A stretch of DNA of 64,000 nt, taken from contig SXKT01000014.1 in NCBI GenBank assembly GCA_005778035.1, positions 9,285 through 73,284 on the forward strand, in the 5' to 3' direction. The position numbers were made by a program, and so were the translations under genes. This DNA comes from Chloroflexota bacterium (GTDB taxonomy: Bacteria; Chloroflexota; Anaerolineae; Anaerolineales; Villigracilaceae). The notes below the pieces were generated by a model. The model did no database searches. It saw nothing but the letters and a program-made list of their open reading frames with translations, and was not told the origin of the DNA. Positions 9,664 to 18,076 of this stretch are shown in pieces (position 1 is the stretch's first letter; every line of letters begins with the position of its first letter).

Positions 9664-10533
9664 TTAGGGATTGACCAAAATACGGGCTGTGGATTTTTGT
9701 TGCTCTACCCATGTAGAGATCTGTTTTTTTTGCATTACAGCCAATGCATCAGGGGTCAATTCCCGATCGGTGGACCTTTCGAGGCATAGAAGGATATACC
9801 AACCCACATTACCTTTGATCAAGGCACTTGTATCACCTGGTTGTAAACCGAAAGCGGCGCTTTCGATGGTAGTGTCTGGGATGTACCCTTTTGGAAACCA
9901 ACCTATGTCGCCCCGGGTAACCGGATCAATTTGGCTTGCCAATAAGTCAAAATCTACACCGGCATTTAGTTGACCAAAGTAATAATTGGCAGAATCCTCA
10001 TCATACAAAAGCATCTGCTGAATGTGAACTTGCTCGGCGACTTTTGGAGTATCCATAGCGATCTTATCCCGCATCCAAGCCGCGGCGGTATTGCGTTCAA
10101 TAGCCTTGATAAAACTATCAGTGTCGTAATGATTTTTTTCTAACCATAAATCGAATGATTCCTGTCCACCCAAGGCGGAAATGATGGCCTGAATCCTGGT
10201 TTGGATGTCTTCAGGACTGGGGCTATACCCCTCGGCTATTGCGCCATTTCGTAAGATCAGCAGGGTTGTCAATTCATCAGAAACGATGGTTTTGATCTCA
10301 TCTTCGCTTTTACTGATCCCTTGAGAGGTCAACATGTCTTGGTAACGGGCAAGCTCCTCGCCAAATTCTGAAGGTGAAATACCTGTTCCATCAACATTTA
10401 CTGCGAACGGCAATGGGGTGGAGGTTGGAGGGATTGGTGTTATTGTAGGCGTTGCGGTTGGGCCAGATTGCGCCAACGGCAGGCTGCCGCAAGAGGTTAA
10501 CAAGATAACCGCAAGTAGAAGGAGTTTGTTCAC
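9664..10533 (-). CDS. Peptidyl-prolyl isomerase (parvulin/SurA-PrsA-like) lipoprotein
   Basis: C-terminal rotamase pattern (VDFDLLASQ..GDIGWFPKGY..GWYILLC). GTG 10533 gives a clean lipoprotein signal, (M)NKLLLLAVILLTSC. The ATG at 10602 would overlap coaX, so the start is uncertain. Confidence 0.75.
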   Translation of the reverse strand: MNKLLLLAVILLTSCGSLPLAQSGPTATPTITPIPPTSTPLPFAVNVDGTGISPSEFGEELARYQDMLTSQGISKSEDEIKTIVSDELTTLLILRNGAIAEGYSPSPEDIQTRIQAIISALGGQESFDLWLEKNHYDTDSFIKAIERNTAAAWMRDKIAMDTPKVAEQVHIQQMLLYDEDSANYYFGQLNAGVDFDLLASQIDPVTRGDIGWFPKGYIPDTTIESAAFGLQPGDTSALIKGNVGWYILLCLERSTDRELTPDALAVMQKKQISTWVEQQKSTARILVNP

Positions 10534-10580
10534 GCGGATGATTATACTTGACCGTTGTGGATGGGGGAAACATACGCTGA

Positions 10581-11363
10581 TTATTTTTTGTTCATCTCCC
10601 AAATTAACCGCAAGCCATCAAGGGTAAGCCAAGGGGAAGTATGGGTAATGACCTCGGTTTGGGTACTGATCAGGTCAGATAATCCGCCCGTCGCAATGAC
10701 CTTCATATCCGGGCCAAGTTCATGCCTGAATCGTGCGACCATACCTTCAACCATGCTGACATATCCGAATAATAGTCCACTTTGCATGGCATGGATGGTG
10801 TTGCGGCCAATAATATTGGGTGGCTTTTGCAGGTCGATCTTTGGCAACTTTGCGGCAAAGGTATAAAGCGCCTCGGCAGACAAATTGATACCAGCGGTTA
10901 TCGCTCCGCCAAGGTATTCATTATTGGCATTGATGGCGTTGAAGGTTGTTGCGGTTCCAAAGTCGATGACACAAGCAGGACCACCGAAAAAATGCTTTAC
11001 TGCTACAGCGTCACAAATTCGGTCAGCGCCTACTGTTTTAGGGTCATCGTATAAAATCCGAATCCCCGTTTTCATTCCAGAATCGACAACTGTCGGCAGG
11101 ATGCCAAGATACTCTTCGCAGGCCTGCGTAACCTTGCTGGTGAGTTGTGGCACAACTGACGAGAGCCCAATACCGATCAGATTATGCTTGGATAGCCCGG
11201 CATGTTGGATCAACCCCAACAATTGAAGGCCATACTCATCGGGCATTTTCTTGTGGTCGGTAGCAAGGCGCCAATGCCAAGCCAATTGTTCGCCAAAATA
11301 TAACCCGATAGTAAGGTTTGTGTTGCCAATATCAATGACGAGCAGGGTGTTATTGCTATCCAT
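10581..11363 (-). CDS. coaX: Type III pantothenate kinase
   Basis: 260 aa. LLVIDIGNTN phosphate-1 motif. ASKHA-fold pattern of CoaX. Confidence 0.9.
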   Translation of the reverse strand: MDSNNTLLVIDIGNTNLTIGLYFGEQLAWHWRLATDHKKMPDEYGLQLLGLIQHAGLSKHNLIGIGLSSVVPQLTSKVTQACEEYLGILPTVVDSGMKTGIRILYDDPKTVGADRICDAVAVKHFFGGPACVIDFGTATTFNAINANNEYLGGAITAGINLSAEALYTFAAKLPKIDLQKPPNIIGRNTIHAMQSGLLFGYVSMVEGMVARFRHELGPDMKVIATGGLSDLISTQTEVITHTSPWLTLDGLRLIWEMNKK

Positions 11364-11390
11364 AAGTTCCTTCTTGCTGCCTATGCGTTG

Positions 11391-14300
11391 TTACTTCATC
11401 AACTGGTCAGTTCGGCTTTCCCCAGTAGTATAGTAACGCGCCTCTGGGTGGTGAATAACGATTGCGGCAGTGGATTGCTCTGGCAGTAATTGGTACGCGG
11501 GGGAGAGCTGCATGCCCAACTCTGCTTCGGCTGGAAGCATATCAAACACTTTTTGGTGGTCTTCCAGCTCTGGGATGGCAGGGTATCCCCAACTATAGCG
11601 TTTCCCCTGTCCGGGGGGGATTCCGAGTTCCTTGCGGACGAAGTTGTGCATAAAGTCTGCCGCGGCTTCAGCGGTTTGTACAGCCAAGCCATGGGTAAAG
11701 TAAGCTTCGGTGTAATTGCCGTTGGTTTGCAGGGCATCAAATCGGTCGGAGGCGGTTTGGCCAACTGTAACTACCTGAAATGCAACAACATCCATTACCC
11801 CGGAGTCTACCGATGCGAAATAATCTGCGAGGGACAGGAATTGGTCACTGTTTTGTCGTGGAAAGTTGAAAGTGGTTTTAACTTTCGGGGTGCCGCTAAG
11901 GGAATCTGGTTCGTAGACCAACAACTCATTGCCGGTGGATTGGCAAGGGAAGATACCGAATACCCCTTGCGGCGCCAACCAGCCATCTTTGATCGCCTCT
12001 TTTTTCATGCTTTCCAAACGGCGGTCAAAATCGGCTTGCAGTTTAACCCATTCTTCGCCATGGGTGTTTTTTGCCCCCCAGGATAGCCTGTAAAGCTCAT
12101 TAATGTTGAGGTGTTGGAAGACCGTTTGAAGCGGCATATTCTTGACGACCCTTACACCCCATTTGCTGGGAGCGGTTATGGGTTTGGGAGTAACCGTCGA
12201 CCTTTGGCCGGTGGGTGACGCGCTCACTTTTGCTGCTGCCCTGCCCAATTCATCTTCAGCTTCTTGCTTGCTTGAATCCAAAAAAGCTTGTTTTTGGGTT
12301 GGGTCGATCAACCGATCCATTGTTTCCAAGCCTTCAAACGCGTCTTTGCAATAGAACACTCCGGCTTTATATGCATCGCCGTTTTCAGTAAACAATATTC
12401 GGCGGCCAAACTTGCGGTTGATGGCAGCGCCACCGATCAATACCGGGATGTTCAACCCTTGTCGATGCAGTTCATTAACGATCAGGGGCATCTGTTTGCT
12501 GGTGCTTACCAACAGTGCCGAAAGGCCGATCGCGGTGGCGCTGTTTTGCTTTGCAGCCGCAATGATCTTATCGGCCGGAACTTGTTTTCCAAGGTCTACC
12601 ACGGTGTACCCGTTGTTGGCTAAGATCGTCTTGACGAGGTTTTTGCCAATATCGTGGACATCTCCATATACGGTGGCGATAACCACTGTCCCCTTGGTGA
12701 TGCCTTCCACCTTATCCAAATATTTTTCGAGGTGGGACACCGATTTTTTCATAACCTCGGCCGACTGTAGAACAAATGGCAAGATCAATTCGCCCGCGCC
12801 AAACTTATCGCCGACTTCCTTCATCGCCGGCAGCAGGACCTGATTGAGCGTTCTTACCGCGGTCTCATTTTGGACTTGCCGAATATGGGAATCCGGCACG
12901 GAGAGGATGATCTCGTCGATGTCGCTTTCTACACCATCTTTATGGCGGTGCACAATGCGCCAGTGGATCCTTTGTTCAGCAGTCATCCCAATCGTGGGGT
13001 CGATCTTGTTTTGGTCAGCCGATTGTGGGCTGATGTTTTCGTAATACTCGATCAATCTTTGGAGAGCGTCCGCTCGGCGGTTGAAGATCAGGTCTTCGCA
13101 AATTGCGATCTCTTGCGGGGGAAGGTCGGCATAGGGGGTTACGTGGGCAGGGTTGATGATAGCCATATCGAGCCCGGCTTGGACGCAGTGAAACAGCATG
13201 ACTGAATTGAGCGGTGGGCGTGCCTGAGGAGCCAAACCGAAGGAAAGATTGGAAACTCCAAGCGAGGTGAAGACCCCGGGAAGGTTTTGTTTAATTGCAC
13301 GGATGCCGTTGATCGTTTCGATGGCCGAATTGGAAAATTCAGGATCTCCGGTGGCCAGGGTGAAGGTTAGGTCATCAAAGACCAGGTCGGCTGGACGAAG
13401 CCCGTGTTCGTTTACAGCGATATCGTAGATACGCTTTGCCACTTCCAGTTTGGCGTCGGCTGTTTTTGCCATTCCGTTTTCATCGATCGTCAATACGATC
13501 ACAGCCGCGTTATGTGTTTTGGCAAGGGCAAAAATTCGGTCGGCTTTGGCGCGTCCACTTTCCAAGTGGGTGGAATTGATCAAACAACGTCCGGGTGCGG
13601 TTTTTAGCGCGGTCTCAAGAACATCGAACTCGGTTGTGTCGATGACAAGGGGAACCTCTACCCCCATGCTCAGCTTCTTTACGGTCTTGCGCATAAGCTC
13701 TACTTCATCTGCTCGTTCTGTTACCGCGCAAGAAATATCCAGCGCATGGGCACCAAAATTCACCTGATCTCGTGCTACTTCGAGGATTGAATCGTAATCC
13801 TCTTCCAAAAGGTGCCGTTTAAATTTACGGCTGCCTTGGGCATTACAACGCTCCCCGATCAACAAAGGGGCAGGTTCTTGTTGCATCATGGTCGTAGAGA
13901 TAGAGGAGGAAAGCCGCGCAAGGGGGGATGATGGTCGTTGGGGGTGTGCCCTGCCGTTCAGTTTTTCGATGAGGGTTTTGAGGTGAGCGGGTGTTGTTCC
14001 ACAACATCCGCCGACCACTGAGATCTTATATTTATCGACAAACTCCACCAACGCGGAAGCGAAGGGTTCCGGCTCCACAGGGTACACTGCCTGGCCATCT
14101 ACATTGAGGGGCAAGCCAGCGTTAGGGATGCACGACACAGGCAGCGCGGCTTGCTCGCCAAGCTGGCGAATGGGTTCGCGCATGTGGTCTGGGCCGGTAG
14201 AGCAATTAAGGCCGATCACATCGATCGGTAGCCCTTCCAGGATAGTGAGCGCTGTGGCGATATCGGTGCCAAGCAGCATACGTCCGCTGGTATCCAAGGT

Positions 14301-14912
14301 CACTTGTGCCTGAACCGGCAGGTAAATTCCGCAGGATTCAAATCCGAGTTGGCAGCCCAAGATCGCGGCTTTCACCTCCAAAATATCCTGCGAGGTTTCG
14401 ATGATGATAAAATCGGCGCCACCGATCGCCAGTGCGGCAGATTGCTCCTTGAACACTTCCACCAGCTCATCAAACCCAATATTGGATAATTCCGGGTCGT
14501 CCGCCGAGGGAAGTTTTCCGCTGGGGCCAATAGAACCCGCGACAAAGCGAGCCTGGCCTGTGGTTTGGGTGTACTCATCTGCCAATCGGCGGGCGAGGCC
14601 GGCCGCAGCCATGTTGATCTCATTGACCTGGTCTTGCAAGTTATATTCTTTTAGGGTCAGGCGATTGGAACGAAACGTATCCGTTTCAATCACATCCACG
14701 CCTACATCAAGGAATGAGCGGTGTACTTTTTCGACCGCTTGGGGATAGGAGATGACCAGATGATCATTGCAACCATTTAGCGCTTCCCCGCCAAAATTTT
14801 CAGCAGTAAGCTGCTGTAATTGCAGGCTTGTTCCCATCGCGCCATCAAAGACGATCACTTTTTGCTCGATCTGGTCGAGGTATTTTCGGTTGGTATATTT
14901 TCTATTCGTCAT
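11391..14912 (-). CDS. metH: Cobalamin-dependent methionine synthase
   Basis: 1173 aa with all four modules: Hcy-binding, pterin-binding, a B12 domain with DxHxxG (GDVHDIGKN), and a C-terminal AdoMet-activation domain. Confidence 0.95.
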   Translation of the reverse strand: MTNRKYTNRKYLDQIEQKVIVFDGAMGTSLQLQQLTAENFGGEALNGCNDHLVISYPQAVEKVHRSFLDVGVDVIETDTFRSNRLTLKEYNLQDQVNEINMAAAGLARRLADEYTQTTGQARFVAGSIGPSGKLPSADDPELSNIGFDELVEVFKEQSAALAIGGADFIIIETSQDILEVKAAILGCQLGFESCGIYLPVQAQVTLDTSGRMLLGTDIATALTILEGLPIDVIGLNCSTGPDHMREPIRQLGEQAALPVSCIPNAGLPLNVDGQAVYPVEPEPFASALVEFVDKYKISVVGGCCGTTPAHLKTLIEKLNGRAHPQRPSSPLARLSSSISTTMMQQEPAPLLIGERCNAQGSRKFKRHLLEEDYDSILEVARDQVNFGAHALDISCAVTERADEVELMRKTVKKLSMGVEVPLVIDTTEFDVLETALKTAPGRCLINSTHLESGRAKADRIFALAKTHNAAVIVLTIDENGMAKTADAKLEVAKRIYDIAVNEHGLRPADLVFDDLTFTLATGDPEFSNSAIETINGIRAIKQNLPGVFTSLGVSNLSFGLAPQARPPLNSVMLFHCVQAGLDMAIINPAHVTPYADLPPQEIAICEDLIFNRRADALQRLIEYYENISPQSADQNKIDPTIGMTAEQRIHWRIVHRHKDGVESDIDEIILSVPDSHIRQVQNETAVRTLNQVLLPAMKEVGDKFGAGELILPFVLQSAEVMKKSVSHLEKYLDKVEGITKGTVVIATVYGDVHDIGKNLVKTILANNGYTVVDLGKQVPADKIIAAAKQNSATAIGLSALLVSTSKQMPLIVNELHRQGLNIPVLIGGAAINRKFGRRILFTENGDAYKAGVFYCKDAFEGLETMDRLIDPTQKQAFLDSSKQEAEDELGRAAAKVSASPTGQRSTVTPKPITAPSKWGVRVVKNMPLQTVFQHLNINELYRLSWGAKNTHGEEWVKLQADFDRRLESMKKEAIKDGWLAPQGVFGIFPCQSTGNELLVYEPDSLSGTPKVKTTFNFPRQNSDQFLSLADYFASVDSGVMDVVAFQVVTVGQTASDRFDALQTNGNYTEAYFTHGLAVQTAEAAADFMHNFVRKELGIPPGQGKRYSWGYPAIPELEDHQKVFDMLPAEAELGMQLSPAYQLLPEQSTAAIVIHHPEARYYTTGESRTDQLMK

Positions 14913-14924
14913 CGCTCATCCTTA

Positions 14925-15383
14925 TCAACTTGCATCATCGTACATGCATTGCTGCAGTGTGATCCAAGCCCATTTTCTTATATCTTCGCAATAATGTTCG
15001 CTGTTGTCAACCCGAATTTGCCCAATGGTCATATGCCACTGGGTAGTTGGAGAGGGGGCATCAACATTTTCTGTGGTGATTTTCCAAGTACGGTTCTGGT
15101 TTGATACAAATGGTCGGAACTGTTGCCGTGCTTGTTGAGGTGATAAACCATCAACAATAAACCTTTTTAGCATTTTTTGCATTTCCAGCCTTCCATTTTT
15201 GGTGAGAAACGTAGGATGCTGGATGGAGTAAGTTAAGACCGTAAGATGATGCACCTGCCAAAAATCAGGATCGGACACTTCTTTACCCAGGAAGTGGTGG
15301 TACAGTTCGGCGCAAGGAACAAAGTTTTCCAATACTCGCTTGCAATCCTTACAAACATTGGCAGGCTCGACCGGGTTGACCAC
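14925..15383 (-). CDS. Hypothetical Cys-rich protein (DUF5946-like)
   Basis: 152 aa. CKDCKRVLENFVPC followed by HHLTVLTYSIQHP resembles DUF5946-type proteins from memory. Function unknown. Confidence 0.55.
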   Translation of the reverse strand: MVNPVEPANVCKDCKRVLENFVPCAELYHHFLGKEVSDPDFWQVHHLTVLTYSIQHPTFLTKNGRLEMQKMLKRFIVDGLSPQQARQQFRPFVSNQNRTWKITTENVDAPSPTTQWHMTIGQIRVDNSEHYCEDIRKWAWITLQQCMYDDAS

Positions 15384-15393
15384 TTGATCTGAC

Positions 15394-16020
15394 CTAATAA
15401 GGTTGGTTCAATAAGGCATCCAAGGCTGTTTTTGACGAACTCTCCACGACCTCATGTTGAGATCGACCGTGGGCGTCCATGGTTACTACTACGGGGAAGT
15501 CTTTTACCTCGATCACCCACATTGCTTCAGGCACACCAAAGTCATATTTGTATACACCCAAAACTTTAACTACAGATTGGGCAATGAAACTTGCGGCGCC
15601 ACCGATGGCGTGGAAGTAAACACCTGGGGTATTTTTACAGCCTTCCAAAGTTTTCTTCCCCATCCCGCCTTTACCGATCACGCCTTTAATGTTGAAATGC
15701 TGCATAACATCGGCTTGGTATGGTTCTTCCCTGATCGAGGTAGTGGGTCCAGCGGCTACAAATTTATAGTCTTTGGTGTCTAACCCTGAGACAACCGGAC
15801 CGCAATGGTAGATGACTGACCCGTTAAGCAAGGATTTCAGCGACTCATACGTTTGCTGGTCCTCCCCGGTAGCAGGGCGGGTTTTTTTAATGAATGTTTC
15901 CATCATCCACTTATGCGCTGCGTCACGGCCTGTCACCATTACACCACTGAGCAGAACCGGGTCTCCAACTTTGAGGCCAAGTATTGTTTCATCTGAGATC
16001 GGTAGTTGAATATTTTTCAT
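15394..16020 (-). CDS. Fe-S type (class I) fumarate hydratase / tartrate dehydratase, beta subunit
   Basis: Start at ATG 16020 with a GGAGA RBS. MKNIQLPISDE..GDPVLLSGVMVTGRDAAHK is typical of the C-terminal-domain subunit. Confidence 0.85.
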   Translation of the reverse strand: MKNIQLPISDETILGLKVGDPVLLSGVMVTGRDAAHKWMMETFIKKTRPATGEDQQTYESLKSLLNGSVIYHCGPVVSGLDTKDYKFVAAGPTTSIREEPYQADVMQHFNIKGVIGKGGMGKKTLEGCKNTPGVYFHAIGGAASFIAQSVVKVLGVYKYDFGVPEAMWVIEVKDFPVVVTMDAHGRSQHEVVESSSKTALDALLNQPY

Positions 16021-16034
16021 GAGATCTCCATTGG

Positions 16035-16910
16035 TTAGGAATACTGTGCTTTGTTGCCAGACAATACCATTTTGCGCCGGCGATAAGCCCAGCACATATA
16101 AGAGACGGATACATAGAAGGAAGCAGGTAATCGGTGCAAACCGACGATCTTTGTATCGATCACGGTTGTCTTGCCGCCAAATCCCATCGGGCCAATCCCA
16201 AGTGTATTGGCTTCATTGGTCAATCTCTCCTCCAGCAATGCCAATTGAGGGTCTGAATTGCGGGTGCCAAGTTTGTCGTACAACACTTCTTTGGATTTGA
16301 TATAGGAAGTTCCGCGGTCACCGCCGATGGCCACACCCAAAATGCCGGGCGCACAGCCTTGGCCTTGGGCTTTGTGCACAGCATCCAAGACCGCCTTTCG
16401 TACGCCTGCCAGGTCTCTGCCAGCGCCAAGGCGGCTATCGGGCAGGGAGTATTGCGCGCCTACATTTTCGCATCCTCCACCTTTTAGCATCAACTCGATG
16501 GTAAGGGTCTCTCCCTCCACCTCTTCAAAATGGATGGATGGGAATTCCTCTCCGCCCAAATTGTTGCCGCTATTTTTGTCGTAAACCGCGTCTACGGCGT
16601 TGGGTCGCATATAGTTTAATTTGGTGGCCTCCGCCATCGCGTTTCGGATCTGCATCCGAAGTTTCAGGGTGCTCCATCCTTCCGGATAATGCACGTAAAA
16701 GATAGGTGTGCCAGTATCTTGGCAGATAGGGGTAGATTGAGATCGGGAAAGTTCAACATTGCGGAGGATCGTATCGAAGGCACCTTTGGCAGCCGTGCCC
16801 GATTCTTCTTTTTCGCGCGCTTCACGGATCTTTTCTTCAACATCCGGCGGCAAACTTGTTGAGGTTAGGCGGATCAACTCCAGAACTTCTGCGGTTATGT
16901 CACGCTGCAT
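16035..16910 (-). CDS. Fe-S type (class I) fumarate hydratase / tartrate dehydratase, alpha subunit
   Basis: 291 aa. CQDTGTPIF cluster-ligand context. Lies immediately upstream of the beta subunit. Confidence 0.85.
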   Translation of the reverse strand: MQRDITAEVLELIRLTSTSLPPDVEEKIREAREKEESGTAAKGAFDTILRNVELSRSQSTPICQDTGTPIFYVHYPEGWSTLKLRMQIRNAMAEATKLNYMRPNAVDAVYDKNSGNNLGGEEFPSIHFEEVEGETLTIELMLKGGGCENVGAQYSLPDSRLGAGRDLAGVRKAVLDAVHKAQGQGCAPGILGVAIGGDRGTSYIKSKEVLYDKLGTRNSDPQLALLEERLTNEANTLGIGPMGFGGKTTVIDTKIVGLHRLPASFYVSVSYMCWAYRRRKMVLSGNKAQYS

Positions 16911-16997
16911 ACTTCCTCCGAAGGGGGTTATTTGAACTTGCTAATCATACTACCATTGATCTTGGGCAGCCAAAGCGGTCCAAAGTTGGTTTCCTGG

Positions 16998-18032
16998 TTA
17001 TGGCAGGCGGTGGGCAGTAAGCATCATAACTGGACGGTCTACGGCGCCAAACTTGAATTTGTAATCCTCAGATCCTCGTAAAAAATCAAATTCGGCCCGT
17101 TGGTTCTGGCAAGCCCAGTCGATGAGATAGCCCAAGAGGACCCATCCAACCGACAGGTCGTTAAAATTTCGGTTGTATCCCGAGTTATAAACCCACAGTT
17201 TATTTTGATGGTCAAACATCAGGTAACTGGCGGCAATCTCCCCATCCGCCTCCAAAAAAGCGAATTTGAGGTAGCCACCTTTGAATGCAGTATGGATGAT
17301 GACATCCATTTGGACTCGCATTGAACCTGATAAGAAAGACTCTTTTGATGGATCTCCAGCCATTAGTGAAAAGAAGGAATTGATCGCGTTTGGCAACTTT
17401 TCAGCATCGTCAACAAAGTACCATCGAACCGAACGGCCACTTTCTTCTGCACGCCGAATCTTCCGCTTGATCTCGTGGCGTTGTTTTTTATCTATGCCGG
17501 CAAGGTATGATTCAAAATCGGGCGAGAGATGGATGGTTGGGCTGGGCTGGTATTGTTCTACGGTGTGAGACCAATTTGCTTTCCCCAATTCTTGTACAAG
17601 GGCAGGGATCGTTGGAGAACCGCTTGGCAGATTATATAACCTGATGACGTCAAACCTAAGTCCACTGGAAAGCAGGTGGTTCAGCACAGCCTCTACAAAT
17701 TCAGCATGGTTTTCCGGATGTACGATCACATCCAAAAGGTCGCAGATCTCAACAGCACCGAGGTTATATAACGCGCGTGACCCATCGGGGAGCTGGGTAA
17801 TAAACAATGGCGCAATGCCGATCAGGTCATTCTCCTGATGTGCGGTAATGATCGCCAATTGGCTATCTGCGTTCCATTCGCCGCCGCCTTTATGTTCCCA
17901 CCAGGCAGCAACAAAATCAAACTTTAAAAAAGGGGAATCAGTGACAGAACCGGTGAGGAGTTCATCCCATTGTGATGAATAAGGAGCAAGGGTTTCGAAG
18001 CGATCGTGCGTTACAAGGTTAAAGGTAGCCAT
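16998..18032 (-). CDS. GNAT family acetyltransferase (BioF2-like / CelD-like)
   Basis: 344 aa. The C-terminal hallmark FDFLRGSEDYKFKFG is typical of this subfamily. Confidence 0.7.
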   Translation of the reverse strand: MATFNLVTHDRFETLAPYSSQWDELLTGSVTDSPFLKFDFVAAWWEHKGGGEWNADSQLAIITAHQENDLIGIAPLFITQLPDGSRALYNLGAVEICDLLDVIVHPENHAEFVEAVLNHLLSSGLRFDVIRLYNLPSGSPTIPALVQELGKANWSHTVEQYQPSPTIHLSPDFESYLAGIDKKQRHEIKRKIRRAEESGRSVRWYFVDDAEKLPNAINSFFSLMAGDPSKESFLSGSMRVQMDVIIHTAFKGGYLKFAFLEADGEIAASYLMFDHQNKLWVYNSGYNRNFNDLSVGWVLLGYLIDWACQNQRAEFDFLRGSEDYKFKFGAVDRPVMMLTAHRLP

Positions 18033-18076
18033 AATTTTCCTTCGGAAATTTTACCAGTATAATCTTAACGGATTAT

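Noticed and set aside
11364-14924. A cobalamin or SAM riboswitch in front of metH.
   Set aside because: metH starts 12 nt after the preceding gene, so there is no leader long enough to hold a riboswitch.
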